The position numbers and the translations under genes are program-made. The notes below the pieces were generated by a model. The model made no database searches, was not told where the DNA came from, and saw only the letters and a list, made by a program, of their open reading frames with translations. A DNA stretch of 64,000 nt, from assembly GCA_035548055.1 (NCBI GenBank), contig DASZTL010000091.1:10923-74922 (forward strand), read 5' to 3'. Source of the stretch: Mycobacteriales bacterium. Lineage in GTDB: Bacteria; Actinomycetota; Actinomycetes; JAFAQI01. Positions 18,102 through 28,252 of the stretch are shown here, piece after piece; positions within the stretch are counted from its first letter, which is position 1, and every line of letters starts with the position of its first letter.

Positions 18102-19346
18102 ATGTCTGATCTGCCCTCGAACCTCCCGGTGGTGGAGCCGGGCGACTCCGACGCCGGCGAGGGGACCCGCGCGGTCCACACTCCGCGACCGGACTTCAGC
18201 GGTGTCCGCGCGCTCGGCCTGCCGACGTACCGCACGAGCACCTACGCGTTCGACACCTCGCAGCAGTACGCCGATGTGCTCGGCGACCGCGCGGCGGGCT
18301 ACACCTACAGCCGCATCGACAACCCGACGGTCGACGCCTTCGCGCTGGGTTTCGCTGCGCTGGAAGCGTACGGTTCCGACCGTCCGGTTGCCGCGCAGGC
18401 GTTCGCCTCGGGCATGGCTGCGATCTCCACCGTCGTTCTGGCCTTGTGCCGCGCCGGTGCGCACGTCATCGCGCCGGCTGCCGTCTATGGCGGCACGTAC
18501 GGCGTGCTCGACCACGTGCTGCGTCGCTTCGGCGTCGACGTGTCCTTCGTCGACGTCACCGATGCCGACGCGGTCCGGACCGCAATGCGCGAGGAGACCG
18601 CACTGGTCTGGGCGGAGACGATCGCGAACCCGACGACCGCTGTTGCCGACATCGAAGGGCTTGCCGGCATCTGCCACGACGCAGGCATCCCGCTGTGCAT
18701 CGACAGCACGTTCGCCCCGCCGCCGGTCTGCCGGCCGTTGCAGTGGGGTGCAGACCTCGTGGCGCACTCGGCGACGAAGTACATCGGTGGTCACTCCGAC
18801 GTCACCGGAGGAGTCGTCGTCGGGGACGTCGATCTGCTAGCCGCCGTGCGCAAGACGCGCATCGACCTCGGGGGCAGCCTCGCACCCGACGAGGCCTTCC
18901 TGCTGCACCGCGGCCTGGCGACGCTCCCGCTGCGGGTCGCTCGGCACTGCGCGACCGCCGCCCGGGTCGCCGAGGCGATGTGCGATCACCCTGCCGTCGA
19001 ACGGGTCGACTACCCGGGGCTTGCGGCACACCCGCAGCACGCGCTCGCCGGAAAGCTGTTCGAGGCCGGGCCGGAAGGCACCCGGTACGGCGCCGTGGTC
19101 ACGATCACGCCGCGCGGCGGCCGTGAGGCAGGCTTCCGGCTGGCCGACCGGCTCAAAGTCGGCCAGGTCGCCACCAGCCTCGGTGGCACGCACACGATCG
19201 TGAGCCACGTCGCGTCGACGACGCACCGCCAGCTCGACGACGCGGCGCTCGCCGCCGCGGGCATCGCGCCCGCCGCGGTGCGCTTCTCGATCGGCCTCGA
19301 GGATCCCGAGGACCTCATCCAGGATCTCCAACAGGCCCTGGCCTGA
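18102..19346 (+). CDS. PLP-dependent Cys/Met-metabolism enzyme (cystathionine gamma-synthase/lyase or O-acylhomoserine sulfhydrylase family)
   Basis: 414 aa with YSRIDNPT and the PLP-lysine motif SATKYIGGHSD. The exact activity cannot be resolved by eye. Confidence 0.8.
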   Translation: MSDLPSNLPVVEPGDSDAGEGTRAVHTPRPDFSGVRALGLPTYRTSTYAFDTSQQYADVLGDRAAGYTYSRIDNPTVDAFALGFAALEAYGSDRPVAAQAFASGMAAISTVVLALCRAGAHVIAPAAVYGGTYGVLDHVLRRFGVDVSFVDVTDADAVRTAMREETALVWAETIANPTTAVADIEGLAGICHDAGIPLCIDSTFAPPPVCRPLQWGADLVAHSATKYIGGHSDVTGGVVVGDVDLLAAVRKTRIDLGGSLAPDEAFLLHRGLATLPLRVARHCATAARVAEAMCDHPAVERVDYPGLAAHPQHALAGKLFEAGPEGTRYGAVVTITPRGGREAGFRLADRLKVGQVATSLGGTHTIVSHVASTTHRQLDDAALAAAGIAPAAVRFSIGLEDPEDLIQDLQQALA

Positions 19347-19369
19347 GCCGGGGTTGGGGCCCCGGCTCA
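19344..19369. repeat. 26-nt palindromic hairpin element, copy 1 (starts at the stop codon)
   Basis: TGAGCCGGGG-TTGGGG-CCCCGGCTCA. It is the exact reverse complement of 44497-44522. Confidence 0.85.
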
Positions 19370-19442
19370 TATCTGCGCGAAGCGCAGGCTGAACACTGCG
19401 TCGGAACCGGACATCCGGCACTTCCGGCACTACAGTCACCCC

Positions 19443-20645
19443 ATGCCAGCCCGCGTTCGGGCCGCCCTCGCGGCTGCCGTGACCGGGATCTTGCTTGCCT
19501 GTGTTCCGTCGCCGGCGACCGCGGACCCGGGGCCCGGCCCCACGGCGGGCCAGGTCGCCGCGAGCAAGGCCGAGGTCGCGGCCCGCGAGCAGCAGGTGGA
19601 GCACGCGGCCTCCGCGCTCGGTACGGCGCAAGCCCGTTTTCAGCGGCTGAACAACGCCGCGGAGATGGTGGTCGAGAAGTACAACGAAGCCGCGGTGAAG
19701 CTCGCGGCCGCCCAGCGTGCGGCCGACACCGCGAACCAGGTTCTCACGGTCGCCAACCGCCAGGTCGCGAAGACGCAGCGCGCGGTCACCCGGTTCGCGC
19801 GCAACGCCTACGAAAGCGGTGGCATGTCCACCATGGACGCGCTGCTCGCGCCCGGCGGGGCACGATCTCTCGTCCGGCGCGTGGGGGCGATCGACGCGGT
19901 GTCGGTGAGCCAGCACCGTACGCTCCTTCGACTCGATGCGGCAGCGGTGTACCAAGCCGCCGTCACGAAGCAGGCCGATGCCGTCGCCGCCAAGGCGCGG
20001 GCCGCCGCAGCCGAGGCCGCAGCGGCGAAGCGCGCGGCGGAGGTCGCCGTGCACAGCCAGCAGAAGGTGCTGCGCGGTCTGCAGCACACGCAGGCACACT
20101 TCGATGCGCTCCTCGCGGCGGCGAAGGCCAAGTCCTCCCGGCTGCAGAAGCAGCGGATCGAAGCGCTCGCCCGCCAGCGCGCCGCAGCCGCGGCGGCGGC
20201 GTCGGACCCCCCGGCGAGCGGCCCCAGCCCCTACGCGAACACGACCGGCGACCTCGGCGGCACGATCTCGGCCTCGACCGGCGCCGCCGCGGTCCAGCAA
20301 GCCGAGTCGCAGATCGGCAAGCCCTACCAGTGGGGCGCAGCCGGCCCGAACACCTACGACTGCTCCGGGCTCGTGATGTGGGCCTACTCGCGCGTCGGCG
20401 TCCACATGGACCACTGGACCGGCTACCAGTGGACCGAAGGCGCCCACATCGCCAAGGGAGACCTGCGGCCCGGCGACCTCGTCTTCTTCGCCTACAACAC
20501 CTCGGACCCCAACACCATCCATCATGTGGGCATGTACATCGGCAACGGGCAGATGGTCGAGGCGCCGTACACCGGCGCCAACGTGCGCATCAGCGGAGCC
20601 TTCCGTGGCGACTACATCGGCGCGGTGCGCCCGTATCAGCGTTGA
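19443..20645 (+). CDS. NlpC/P60 peptidoglycan endopeptidase with an N-terminal coiled coil (RipA-like)
   Basis: Signal peptide, a long Ala/Gln-rich coiled coil, and a C-terminal GKPYQWGAAGPNTYDCSGLV..HHVGMYIG catalytic domain. Confidence 0.88.
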   Translation: MPARVRAALAAAVTGILLACVPSPATADPGPGPTAGQVAASKAEVAAREQQVEHAASALGTAQARFQRLNNAAEMVVEKYNEAAVKLAAAQRAADTANQVLTVANRQVAKTQRAVTRFARNAYESGGMSTMDALLAPGGARSLVRRVGAIDAVSVSQHRTLLRLDAAAVYQAAVTKQADAVAAKARAAAAEAAAAKRAAEVAVHSQQKVLRGLQHTQAHFDALLAAAKAKSSRLQKQRIEALARQRAAAAAAASDPPASGPSPYANTTGDLGGTISASTGAAAVQQAESQIGKPYQWGAAGPNTYDCSGLVMWAYSRVGVHMDHWTGYQWTEGAHIAKGDLRPGDLVFFAYNTSDPNTIHHVGMYIGNGQMVEAPYTGANVRISGAFRGDYIGAVRPYQR

Positions 20646-21706
20646 GCTCGCCAGGCCGCCGAGTGCGCGTCGCGGTCATCTTCGGGGGACGCAGCAGCGA
20701 GCACTCCGTGTCGTGCGTGACCGCCGGCAGTGTGATCGCAGCCCTCGATCCTGACCGCTACGAGGTCGTGCCGGTCGGCATCACCGCCGAAGGTCGATGG
20801 GTCTGCGCGGACACCGACGCGCTGGTGATGCGCGGTCGCGAGCTACCAACCGTGGTGGCGAGCGGCGACTCGGTCGCGCTGTCCGGTGATCCGACTGCCC
20901 TGCCCGAGGTGCTCGGTCCGATCGATGTCGTCTTCCCGGTCCTGCACGGTCCGTACGGCGAGGACGGCACGTTGCAAGGTCTGCTCGAGCTGGCTGGGAT
21001 CCCGTACGTCGGGTCGGGGGTGTTCGCGTCTGCCGCCGCGATGGACAAGGCGCACATGAAGCGGCTGCTGTCGGCGGTGGGCCTGCAGGTGCCGTCCTAT
21101 GTCATCGCGCACCACGGCCGGCCGGTGCCGGCCGGCGCGGGTGAGCTGGGCTGGCCGGTCTTCGTGAAGCCCGCCCGCGGCGGGTCGAGCATCGGTATCT
21201 CGAAGGTGGCCGACCGATCCGGGCTCGAAGGTGCGCTCGCCGAGGCGTTTCGTCACGATCCGAAGGTGCTGATCGAAGCCGCGATCGTCGGTCGCGAGAT
21301 CGAGTGCGGGGTGCTCGCAGGTCGTGACGGAGGAGCGCCCGAGGCCTCGCTCCCGGCAGAGATCCGGCTCGCCGGAGGGGTCGACTTCTACGACTTCGAC
21401 GCGAAGTACATGCCGGAGTCAGGCACCGAGTTCGACATCCCGCCGGACCTCCCGGCAGCCGCCATGGACAGGGTGCGCTCGACGGCCATCGCCGCCTTCG
21501 AGGCGTTGGACTGCGAAGGGCTCGCCCGGGTGGACTTCTTCCTCACAGCCGACGGCGGGCTGTTCGTCAACGAGGTCAACACGATGCCGGGCTTCACACC
21601 GGCGTCGATGTTCCCGCGGATGTGGGCCGCGACCGGCGTCGACTACCCCACCCTCGTCGCCCGCCTGATCGACGACGCGCTGGCCCGCGGAACCGGCCTC
21701 CGCTAA
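20642..21706 (+). CDS. ddl: D-alanine--D-alanine ligase
   Basis: RVAVIFGGRSSEHSVS plus an ATP-grasp domain (EVNTMPGFT). Start is TTG 20642 or GTG 20663 (uncertain). Confidence 0.88.
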   Translation: MSSPGRRVRVAVIFGGRSSEHSVSCVTAGSVIAALDPDRYEVVPVGITAEGRWVCADTDALVMRGRELPTVVASGDSVALSGDPTALPEVLGPIDVVFPVLHGPYGEDGTLQGLLELAGIPYVGSGVFASAAAMDKAHMKRLLSAVGLQVPSYVIAHHGRPVPAGAGELGWPVFVKPARGGSSIGISKVADRSGLEGALAEAFRHDPKVLIEAAIVGREIECGVLAGRDGGAPEASLPAEIRLAGGVDFYDFDAKYMPESGTEFDIPPDLPAAAMDRVRSTAIAAFEALDCEGLARVDFFLTADGGLFVNEVNTMPGFTPASMFPRMWAATGVDYPTLVARLIDDALARGTGLR

Positions 21707-21718
21707 CCGGACTCGGGG

Positions 21719-22234
21719 CTACGGGAGCGCTGCTTTCAGCGGCTGCGCCAGTGCGGTCAGGTAGCTGGCACTCGCCGGGTAGTGCGTAGGCACCCGCAGC
21801 GCGACGTACACGTGGTCGGCCCCTGCCGGGCCGGGACGTACCGCGGTCCAGGTCACGACGGAAGACCCGACCTGCTGGTACCACCGCACCCCGTTCACGT
21901 CGAGGACGGCCGACGAGCTCGGCGCGTAGCCGGCGGGCTCGGGGACCCCGCAGCTCAAGGTGATCGCGGGCGAGCCCCACGCAAAGGTCAGCGGAGAGCT
22001 GGGCTGCGTCTTGCGGGCGCGCAGCCCGTCAAGGCGGTCAGGGACCTGGTTGCCGAGGTGATCGCAGCGTTCCAGCACCGGCCCGGCTGGGTCCGGAGGC
22101 GCGATCGGCACCGCGCCCGACGAGCAGGCGGAGACGGCCAGCGCGACGCCGACCGCGAGTGCCGCCGATCGCGAAAGCCTCAAAGATCGAGCCCCATTGC
22201 CATCTGAGAACGCTAGAGGGTGCTCAGGCGGCAA
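21719..22234 (-). CDS. DUF3515-like lipoprotein
   Basis: 171 aa with a lipobox-like LAVSAC. It sits next to ddl, as remembered for the mycobacterial Rv2980 neighbourhood. Confidence 0.65.
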   Translation of the reverse strand: MPPEHPLAFSDGNGARSLRLSRSAALAVGVALAVSACSSGAVPIAPPDPAGPVLERCDHLGNQVPDRLDGLRARKTQPSSPLTFAWGSPAITLSCGVPEPAGYAPSSSAVLDVNGVRWYQQVGSSVVTWTAVRPGPAGADHVYVALRVPTHYPASASYLTALAQPLKAALP

Positions 22235-22260
22235 TGGAGAGGTGCCCGCGGCTACAGCGG

Positions 22261-22497
22261 CTACAGATGAACGACGGGGCAGGTCAGCGTTCGGGTGATG
22301 CCGGGGACCGACTGCACCTTCGCCACGACCAGCTTGCCGAGCTCATCGACGCTCTTTGCCTCGCTGCGGACGATCACGTCGTACGGCCCGGTCACGTCCT
22401 CAGCGAGCGTCACGCCTTTGATCTTCTGGATCTCGGCGGCGACCGCGGCTGCCTTGCCCACTTCGGTCTGAATCAGGATGTACGCCTGTACCGTCAC
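22261..22497 (-). CDS. Stand-alone Lrp/AsnC ligand-binding (RAM) domain protein
   Basis: GTG 22497 gives VTVQAYILIQTEVGKAAAVAAEIQKIKGV..GPYDVIV. The upstream part of ORF 22261..22722 looks non-coding. Confidence 0.7.
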   Translation of the reverse strand: MTVQAYILIQTEVGKAAAVAAEIQKIKGVTLAEDVTGPYDVIVRSEAKSVDELGKLVVAKVQSVPGITRTLTCPVVHL

Positions 22498-23508
22498 GTG
22501 CCAGACCGTACCCGAAGGGGAGGGGAGGTCGTCATCTCGGATTCCCGCCCGGCCGACGAGACCCTCGCCGACCTCGGTGAGTTCGGCCTCGTTCGACGCA
22601 TCGTTGCGCGCCTGTCTCAGGCCGCCGATGTGACGGTCGGCCCGGGCGATGACGCGGCCGTCGTCGCAGCCCCCGATGGCCGGGTTGTGGCCACTGTCGA
22701 CGTGATGGTCGAGGGACGCCACTTCCGTCGGGACTGGTCCAGCGGTTACGACGTCGGGCGGCGAGCCGCCGCAGCGAGTCTCGCGGACGTCGTCGCCATG
22801 GGGGCCCGCCCGACCGCTCTGCTGGTCGGGCTCTCCGCCCCGCCCAACCTGGACCTGACCTGGACGGACGCGCTCGCCGACGGGCTTCAGGACGAGGCGG
22901 CGCTCGTCAGGGCGTCAGTGGTGGGTGGCGACGTGACAGCCGCCGATGTGATCATCGTGTCCGTCACGGCACTCGGCGACCTCGGTGGGCGCCCACCGAT
23001 CACCCGAGGTGGCGCGGGCACCGGAGACCACGTGGTCGTCATCGGACGGCTGGGTTGGGCCGCCGCGGGGCTCGCGCTGCTCGAGGCGGGTCGCTCCGAT
23101 CACCCGCTGGTGGCGGCCCACCGTCGCCCGGACGTCGCCTATGACGCGGCGTTCGCGATGCGCGCGGGAGCCGACGTGACCGCGATGATCGACGTCTCCG
23201 ACGGCCTGTTCGCCGACCTCGCGCACATCGCCACGGCCTCCGGCGTCTCGATTCACGTCGATTCGCGACGCCTCGAGGTGGCGCCGGAGGTCGCCGCAGC
23301 CGCCGCCGAGCTGGGCATCGACCCGGCGCTCCTGGTCGCGGCAGGAGGCGACGACCACGCGTTCGCGGCGACCATCCGCGGTGAGGTCCCACCGGGGGTC
23401 GCCGTCATCGGGATCGTCGTCGACCCCGACCCCGCCCGCCCGCCGGTGACGTTCACCGACCGTGAGACACCCGAAAACGGTGGGCACGAGCACTTCGCCG
23501 TCTCCTAA
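22498..23508 (+). CDS. thiL: Thiamine-monophosphate kinase
   Basis: [18 protein letters not shown] and DVSDGL motifs. Start is ambiguous. GTG 22498 has no SD. In-frame ATC 22534 sits 6 nt after a GGGGAGG purine tract. Confidence 0.85.
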   Translation: MPDRTRRGGEVVISDSRPADETLADLGEFGLVRRIVARLSQAADVTVGPGDDAAVVAAPDGRVVATVDVMVEGRHFRRDWSSGYDVGRRAAAASLADVVAMGARPTALLVGLSAPPNLDLTWTDALADGLQDEAALVRASVVGGDVTAADVIIVSVTALGDLGGRPPITRGGAGTGDHVVVIGRLGWAAAGLALLEAGRSDHPLVAAHRRPDVAYDAAFAMRAGADVTAMIDVSDGLFADLAHIATASGVSIHVDSRRLEVAPEVAAAAAELGIDPALLVAAGGDDHAFAATIRGEVPPGVAVIGIVVDPDPARPPVTFTDRETPENGGHEHFAVS

Positions 23509-23515
23509 TCTCGGT

Positions 23516-24307
23516 GTGGTGACTCCGGCTCGCGTCCTCACCGTCGCGGGTTCCGACTCCGGCGGGGGCGCCGGCATCCAGGCCGACCTCAAGACCATGC
23601 TCGCGCTCGGCGTGCACGGCATGAGCGTCATCACGGCGGTCACCGCTCAGAACTCGACCGGAGTGCATGGCTACTGGGAGATCGAACCGCAGGCCGTGGA
23701 CGCTCAGCTCGCGGCCGTGATCGACGACATCGGCGTCGATGCGGTCAAGACCGGCATGCTCGCCTCGCCGGAGCTCGTCGGTGTCGTCGCGAAGCGGTTG
23801 CGTGGTGTGGACGCGCCGCTCGTCGTCGACCCGGTGTGCGTCTCCAAGCACGGCGATCCGCTGCTGGTCGACTCGGCGATCACCGCGATCGTGGACGAGC
23901 TGCTGCCGCTGGCCACTGTCGTGACGCCCAACCTTCCGGAGGTCGCTCGGCTCACCGGGGTCGAGGTCGACGACCGCCGCGGGCAGCGCAAGGCCGCCGA
24001 TGCGCTCCTCGCGCTCGGCCCGCAGTGGGTCCTCGTCAAGGGCGGACACCTCACCGACGACGACGCCTTCGATCTCCTCACCGACGGTGAAGATGCGGTC
24101 GAGCTGTCGGCAGAGCGAATCGACACCGTCCACACCCACGGCACCGGATGCACTCTCGCCTCCGCGATCGCGTCCTACCTCGCCCTCGGGCGGTCGGTCC
24201 CCGACGCCGTAGGAGGCGCCAAGCAGTACGTGACCGGGGCCATCGCCGCCGGCTTCCCGCTCGGCGCCGGCATCGGACCCGTGGACCACGGCTGGCGGCA
24301 GCGTTGA
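23516..24307 (+). CDS. thiD: Hydroxymethylpyrimidine/phosphomethylpyrimidine kinase
   Basis: [31 protein letters not shown] and [12 protein letters not shown] motifs. Confidence 0.9.
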   Translation: MVTPARVLTVAGSDSGGGAGIQADLKTMLALGVHGMSVITAVTAQNSTGVHGYWEIEPQAVDAQLAAVIDDIGVDAVKTGMLASPELVGVVAKRLRGVDAPLVVDPVCVSKHGDPLLVDSAITAIVDELLPLATVVTPNLPEVARLTGVEVDDRRGQRKAADALLALGPQWVLVKGGHLTDDDAFDLLTDGEDAVELSAERIDTVHTHGTGCTLASAIASYLALGRSVPDAVGGAKQYVTGAIAAGFPLGAGIGPVDHGWRQR

Positions 24308-24783
24308 GCGCCGGTCTCGAGCTGCGGGAGGAGCCCTTCGACTCCCCGGTCGCGCAGCAGCTGATCGCCGCCGTACAAGCGGAGTACGTCGTCCGGTACG
24401 GCGGCCCCGACGAGGCTCCGATCGACGCCACCGAGTTCATGCCGCCGCACGGTCTCTTCCTCGTCGGCTACCTGGGCACCGAGCCGGTCGCCACCGGCGG
24501 GCTGCGCCGCCATGCCGGTAACGCGGACGGCGGCGGCATCGACGTCGAGCTCAAGCGGATGTACGTCGTGCCGGAAGCCCGCGGCAAGGGGCTGTCGCGG
24601 GTGATGCTCTCGGCGCTGGAGGAGCGAGCGAGGGGGATGGGCGCGAGCCGGATCGTGCTGGAGACCGGCAACCGGCAACCGGAGGCGGTCAGCCTCTACG
24701 AGTCGTCGGGCTACGAGCGGATCGAAGGATTCGGCTACTACGCCGGTGCGCCGCTTTCGATCAGCTTCGGAAAGAAGCTCTAG
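24304..24783 (+). CDS. GNAT-family N-acetyltransferase
   Basis: TTG 24304 overlaps the thiD stop. Motifs are [15 protein letters not shown] and [10 protein letters not shown]. Confidence 0.7.
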   Translation: MSAGLELREEPFDSPVAQQLIAAVQAEYVVRYGGPDEAPIDATEFMPPHGLFLVGYLGTEPVATGGLRRHAGNADGGGIDVELKRMYVVPEARGKGLSRVMLSALEERARGMGASRIVLETGNRQPEAVSLYESSGYERIEGFGYYAGAPLSISFGKKL

Positions 24784-24965
24784 CGGGAGACCTTGCCCGC
24801 CTTGAGGCAGCTTGTGCACACGTTCATCCGCTTGCGGGTGCTCCCGACGAGGGCGCGGACCGGCTGGATGTTGGGGTTGAAGCGGCGACGGGTGCGCCGG
24901 TGCGAGTGCGACACGTTCATGCCGAACCCGGGACCCTTGCCACACACATCACAGACGGAAGCCAC
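24780..24965 (-). CDS. rpmB: 50S ribosomal protein L28
   Basis: 61 aa, [34 protein letters not shown]. Confidence 0.92.
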   Translation of the reverse strand: MASVCDVCGKGPGFGMNVSHSHRRTRRRFNPNIQPVRALVGSTRKRMNVCTSCLKAGKVSR

Positions 24966-25026
24966 GGCGGACAGGGTAGCCCGACTTGCGAGCCTGACTC
25001 AAAGCGTCGCAGTCGCCGCTTAGCCT

Positions 25027-27180
25027 TTGACCGTGGTCGAGGAGTCGGCGCACGTCCGAGCCATCGTCGGCGAGAAGGCGGCGAAGGTGCTCGAGAAGGC
25101 GTTCGAGATCCGCACGGTCGGTGATCTGCTGGCGCACTACCCGCGCCGCTACTTCGAACGCGGGGAGCTGACCGACCTCTCCGAGCTGCGCCCGGGCGAG
25201 CAGGCCACTGTGCAGGTCCGCGTCGTCAAGGTCGACGCCCACCAGATCCGGCCGAAGCTCCACAAGACCGACGTCACGGTCACCGACGGCACCGGCAAGC
25301 TTGTCGCGACCTTCTTCAACCAGAAGCATCTACCCCGGGTCCTGTCACCGGAGATGGAGATCATGCTCGCCGGCGAGGTGGAGATCTTCCGCGGCAAGCT
25401 GCAGCTCAAGCAACCCGACATCGCTCTCGACGCCAACGGCCTCGTGGAGGACGCCGGCAAGCTCGTCCCCGTCTACCCCGCGACGAAGGCGCTGTCGTCC
25501 TGGGCGCTTCGACGCTCGATCGCTCATGCCCTGGACGTGGTGGACGTGGTCGAGACCCTGCCGGCCGCCGTCAGCGAGCGTCGCGGCTTGATCGGGCGAG
25601 CGCAGGCGCTTCGCGGCATCCACACCCCCGAGGACTTCGGGCAGGTCAAGGCCGCCCGCGACCGGCTGCGCTACGACGAGGCGTTCGTGCTCCAGGTCGT
25701 GCTCGCCCAACGCCGTCTGCTCGCCGCCCTCGAGCCCGCAACGCCCAGGGCCGCCCGAAGCGGTGGCTTGCTCGAGGCGTTCGACGCTTCTCTCCCGTTC
25801 AGCCTGACGGCCGGACAACAGGCGGTCAGCGAGCAGCTGATGGCGGATCTCGCAAGACCGGTGCCGATGCACCGGTTGCTGCAAGGCGAGGTCGGCTCCG
25901 GCAAGACCGTCGTCGCACTCCGCGCCATGCTCGCCGTCGTCGACTCCGGCGGTCAGGCGGCTCTGTTGGCACCGACCGAGGTGCTCGCCCAGCAGCACGC
26001 CCGATCGATCGACGCGCTGCTGGGTCCGCTCGGTCGTGGTGGCCAGCTCGGATCCGCTGACCAGGCCACTCGGATCGCCTTGGTCACCGGCTCGATGACC
26101 GCAGCGGCCCGGCGCGCGACCTTGCTCGACATCGGTGTGGGTGATGCGGGCATCGTCATCGGCACGCATGCGCTGCTCGAGAACGCCGTGCAGTTCTTCG
26201 ACCTCGGGCTGGTCGTCGTGGATGAGCAGCACCGGTTCGGTGTCGAGCAGCGGAACGCGTTGCGCGGCAAAGCGGCGACGCCGCCGCACGTGTTGGTGAT
26301 GACGGCGACGCCGATCCCACGGACGGTCGCGATGACCGTGTACGGCGATCTCGAGACATCGACGCTCACTGAGCTTCCGGCCGGCCGACAGCCCATCTCG
26401 ACGACCGTCGTACCGACGGCGGACAAGCCGGGCTGGCTCGAGCGGGTCTGGCAGCGCGCCCGCGAGGAGGTCGCCGCCGGCCGGCAGGTCTACGTCGTCT
26501 GCCCACGAATCGACGGTGGCGACGACGAACCGGTCGACGACCTCGCCGACCGTGATGACGGTTGGGCTGCCACGGCGACCGTGGTCGACCTCGCGCCGAT
26601 GTTGCGTCAGGGACCACTCGACGGGCTGCAGGTCGAGATTCTCCACGGCCGGATGACCGCGGAGGCGAAGGACGATGTGATGCGACGCTTCGCCGCGGGC
26701 ACCGTGGATGTTCTGGTTGCGACAACCGTGATCGAGGTCGGCGTGGACGTGTCGAACGCGACCGCCATGATCGTGCTCGACGCCGACCGGTTCGGAATCT
26801 CCCAGCTGCACCAGCTCCGGGGCCGGATCGGGCGCGGCGAGCACGCCGGCGTGTGCCTGCTCGTGACCGGCGCCGCGGCAGGCACACCGGCGAGAGAGCG
26901 CCTCGACGGCGTGGCCCGAACGGTCGACGGCTTCGAGCTCGCCCGCCTGGACCTGGAACAGCGTCGGGAAGGTGACGTCCTCGGGCAGTCGCAGTCGGGC
27001 AGCCGCTCGCAGCTGAGGCTGCTGCGGCTGCTGCGGGACGAGGACGTGATCGTCGCGGCCCGCGCGGACGCCGTGGAGCTCGTCGCGGCGGATCCCGTCC
27101 TCGAGCGGCACGACGCGCTACGCGAGGTCGTCGCTGCCTTGGCCGAGAACGAACGCGCGGATTACCTGGGAAAGACATGA
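25027..27180 (+). CDS. recG: ATP-dependent DNA helicase RecG
   Basis: 717 aa with a wedge/OB domain, GEVGSGKT, VVDEQHRFG, MTATPIPRT and QLRGRIGRG. Confidence 0.92.
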   Translation: MTVVEESAHVRAIVGEKAAKVLEKAFEIRTVGDLLAHYPRRYFERGELTDLSELRPGEQATVQVRVVKVDAHQIRPKLHKTDVTVTDGTGKLVATFFNQKHLPRVLSPEMEIMLAGEVEIFRGKLQLKQPDIALDANGLVEDAGKLVPVYPATKALSSWALRRSIAHALDVVDVVETLPAAVSERRGLIGRAQALRGIHTPEDFGQVKAARDRLRYDEAFVLQVVLAQRRLLAALEPATPRAARSGGLLEAFDASLPFSLTAGQQAVSEQLMADLARPVPMHRLLQGEVGSGKTVVALRAMLAVVDSGGQAALLAPTEVLAQQHARSIDALLGPLGRGGQLGSADQATRIALVTGSMTAAARRATLLDIGVGDAGIVIGTHALLENAVQFFDLGLVVVDEQHRFGVEQRNALRGKAATPPHVLVMTATPIPRTVAMTVYGDLETSTLTELPAGRQPISTTVVPTADKPGWLERVWQRAREEVAAGRQVYVVCPRIDGGDDEPVDDLADRDDGWAATATVVDLAPMLRQGPLDGLQVEILHGRMTAEAKDDVMRRFAAGTVDVLVATTVIEVGVDVSNATAMIVLDADRFGISQLHQLRGRIGRGEHAGVCLLVTGAAAGTPARERLDGVARTVDGFELARLDLEQRREGDVLGQSQSGSRSQLRLLRLLRDEDVIVAARADAVELVAADPVLERHDALREVVAALAENERADYLGKT

Positions 27181-27734
27181 CCAGGCTCATCTCGGGATCC
27201 GGCGGCAGTCGCCGGCTCGCCACACCGCCGGGCCGGGGGACCCGGCCCACCAGCGACCGCACCCGCGAGGCGCTCTTCTCCTCGCTCGAGTCGCTGTGCG
27301 GGACGCTCGACGGGTTGTCGTTCCTGGACCTCTACGCCGGTTCCGGTGCGGTCGGACTGGAGGCTGCGAGCCGCGGTGCGACCCGCGTCACCCTGGTCGA
27401 GCGGGATCCTCGCGCGGCTCGGGTCATCCGCGAGAACATCGCGACGGTCGCGGTAACGGGCGTCGAGCTCGTGGAGTCGAACGTCGCGACCTTTCTGGAG
27501 CGCGCGCCGGCCGGCACGTCTGGCTACGACATCGTCTTCGTCGACCCGCCGTACGCCGAGCCCGTGACGGAGGTGCTGAGGCGGCTGCGGGCGGGTGCAT
27601 GGCTGGCGCCGAGCGCCGTCGTCTGCGTGGAGCGGGCCTCCCGAGATGCCGGGCCGGTCTGGCCGGACGGCGTCGACGGTCTGCGCTCGCGACGGTATGG
27701 CGAAAGCACCCTCTGGTACGGTCGCGCTTCGTGA
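27177..27734 (+). CDS. rsmD: 16S rRNA (guanine966-N2)-methyltransferase
   Basis: 185 aa with RPTSDRTREALF, DLYAGSGAVGLEA and VFVDPPY. Confidence 0.88.
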   Translation: MTRLISGSGGSRRLATPPGRGTRPTSDRTREALFSSLESLCGTLDGLSFLDLYAGSGAVGLEAASRGATRVTLVERDPRAARVIRENIATVAVTGVELVESNVATFLERAPAGTSGYDIVFVDPPYAEPVTEVLRRLRAGAWLAPSAVVCVERASRDAGPVWPDGVDGLRSRRYGESTLWYGRAS

Positions 27735-28210
27735 GGCGGGCGGTGTGTCCGGGTTCTTTCGATCCCATCACCAATGGCCATCTCGACGTGATCGAGCGGG
27801 CGAGCCGCTTGTTCGACGAGATCGTGGTCGTCGTGGGGATCAACCAGTCGAAGAATCGGCTGTTCGAGCCTGATGAGCGGGTCGAGCAGATCCGCGAGGT
27901 GGTCGCCCACTTGCCCAACGTCAGTGTCGACACCTTTCGGGGCCTGCTGGTCGACTATTGCGTCGCGCACGACATCAAGGCGATCGTGAAGGGCCTGCGG
28001 GCCGTCAGCGACTTCGACTACGAGCTCCAGATGGGCCAGATGAACCACTCCTTGGCGGCCGTCGACACGCTGTTCATGCCCGCTGACCCGCACTACAGTT
28101 TCCTTTCATCCAGCCTCGTCAAGGAGGTTGCGATGTACGGCGGCGACGTCTCGAAGCTGGTGCCGGAGGCAGTCCTTCGCCGGCTTCAACAACGACTGAC
28201 GACCTCGTAA
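27731..28210 (+). CDS. coaD: Phosphopantetheine adenylyltransferase
   Basis: GTG 27731 (GTGA overlap with rsmD) gives VRRAVCPGSFDPITNGHLDVIERA. Confidence 0.9.
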   Translation: MRRAVCPGSFDPITNGHLDVIERASRLFDEIVVVVGINQSKNRLFEPDERVEQIREVVAHLPNVSVDTFRGLLVDYCVAHDIKAIVKGLRAVSDFDYELQMGQMNHSLAAVDTLFMPADPHYSFLSSSLVKEVAMYGGDVSKLVPEAVLRRLQQRLTTS

Positions 28211-28252
28211 CCGACAGGCGCCGTACGAACGGCCAAGGAGGCAGGGCACCAA

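Noticed and set aside
19370-19442. A cyclic-di-AMP (ydaO-type) riboswitch upstream of the NlpC/P60 hydrolase gene, as seen before cell-wall hydrolase genes in other actinobacteria.
   Set aside because: The spacer is only about 97 nt. It contains just short hairpins (CTGCGC-gaa-GCGCAG, CCGG-acat-CCGG), and I could not see the conserved ydaO core. cmsearch with the Rfam model would settle it.
22235-23520. A TPP riboswitch associated with thiL/thiD.
   Set aside because: There is no non-coding space. thiL abuts the divergent Lrp-domain gene, and thiD starts 8-11 nt after thiL.
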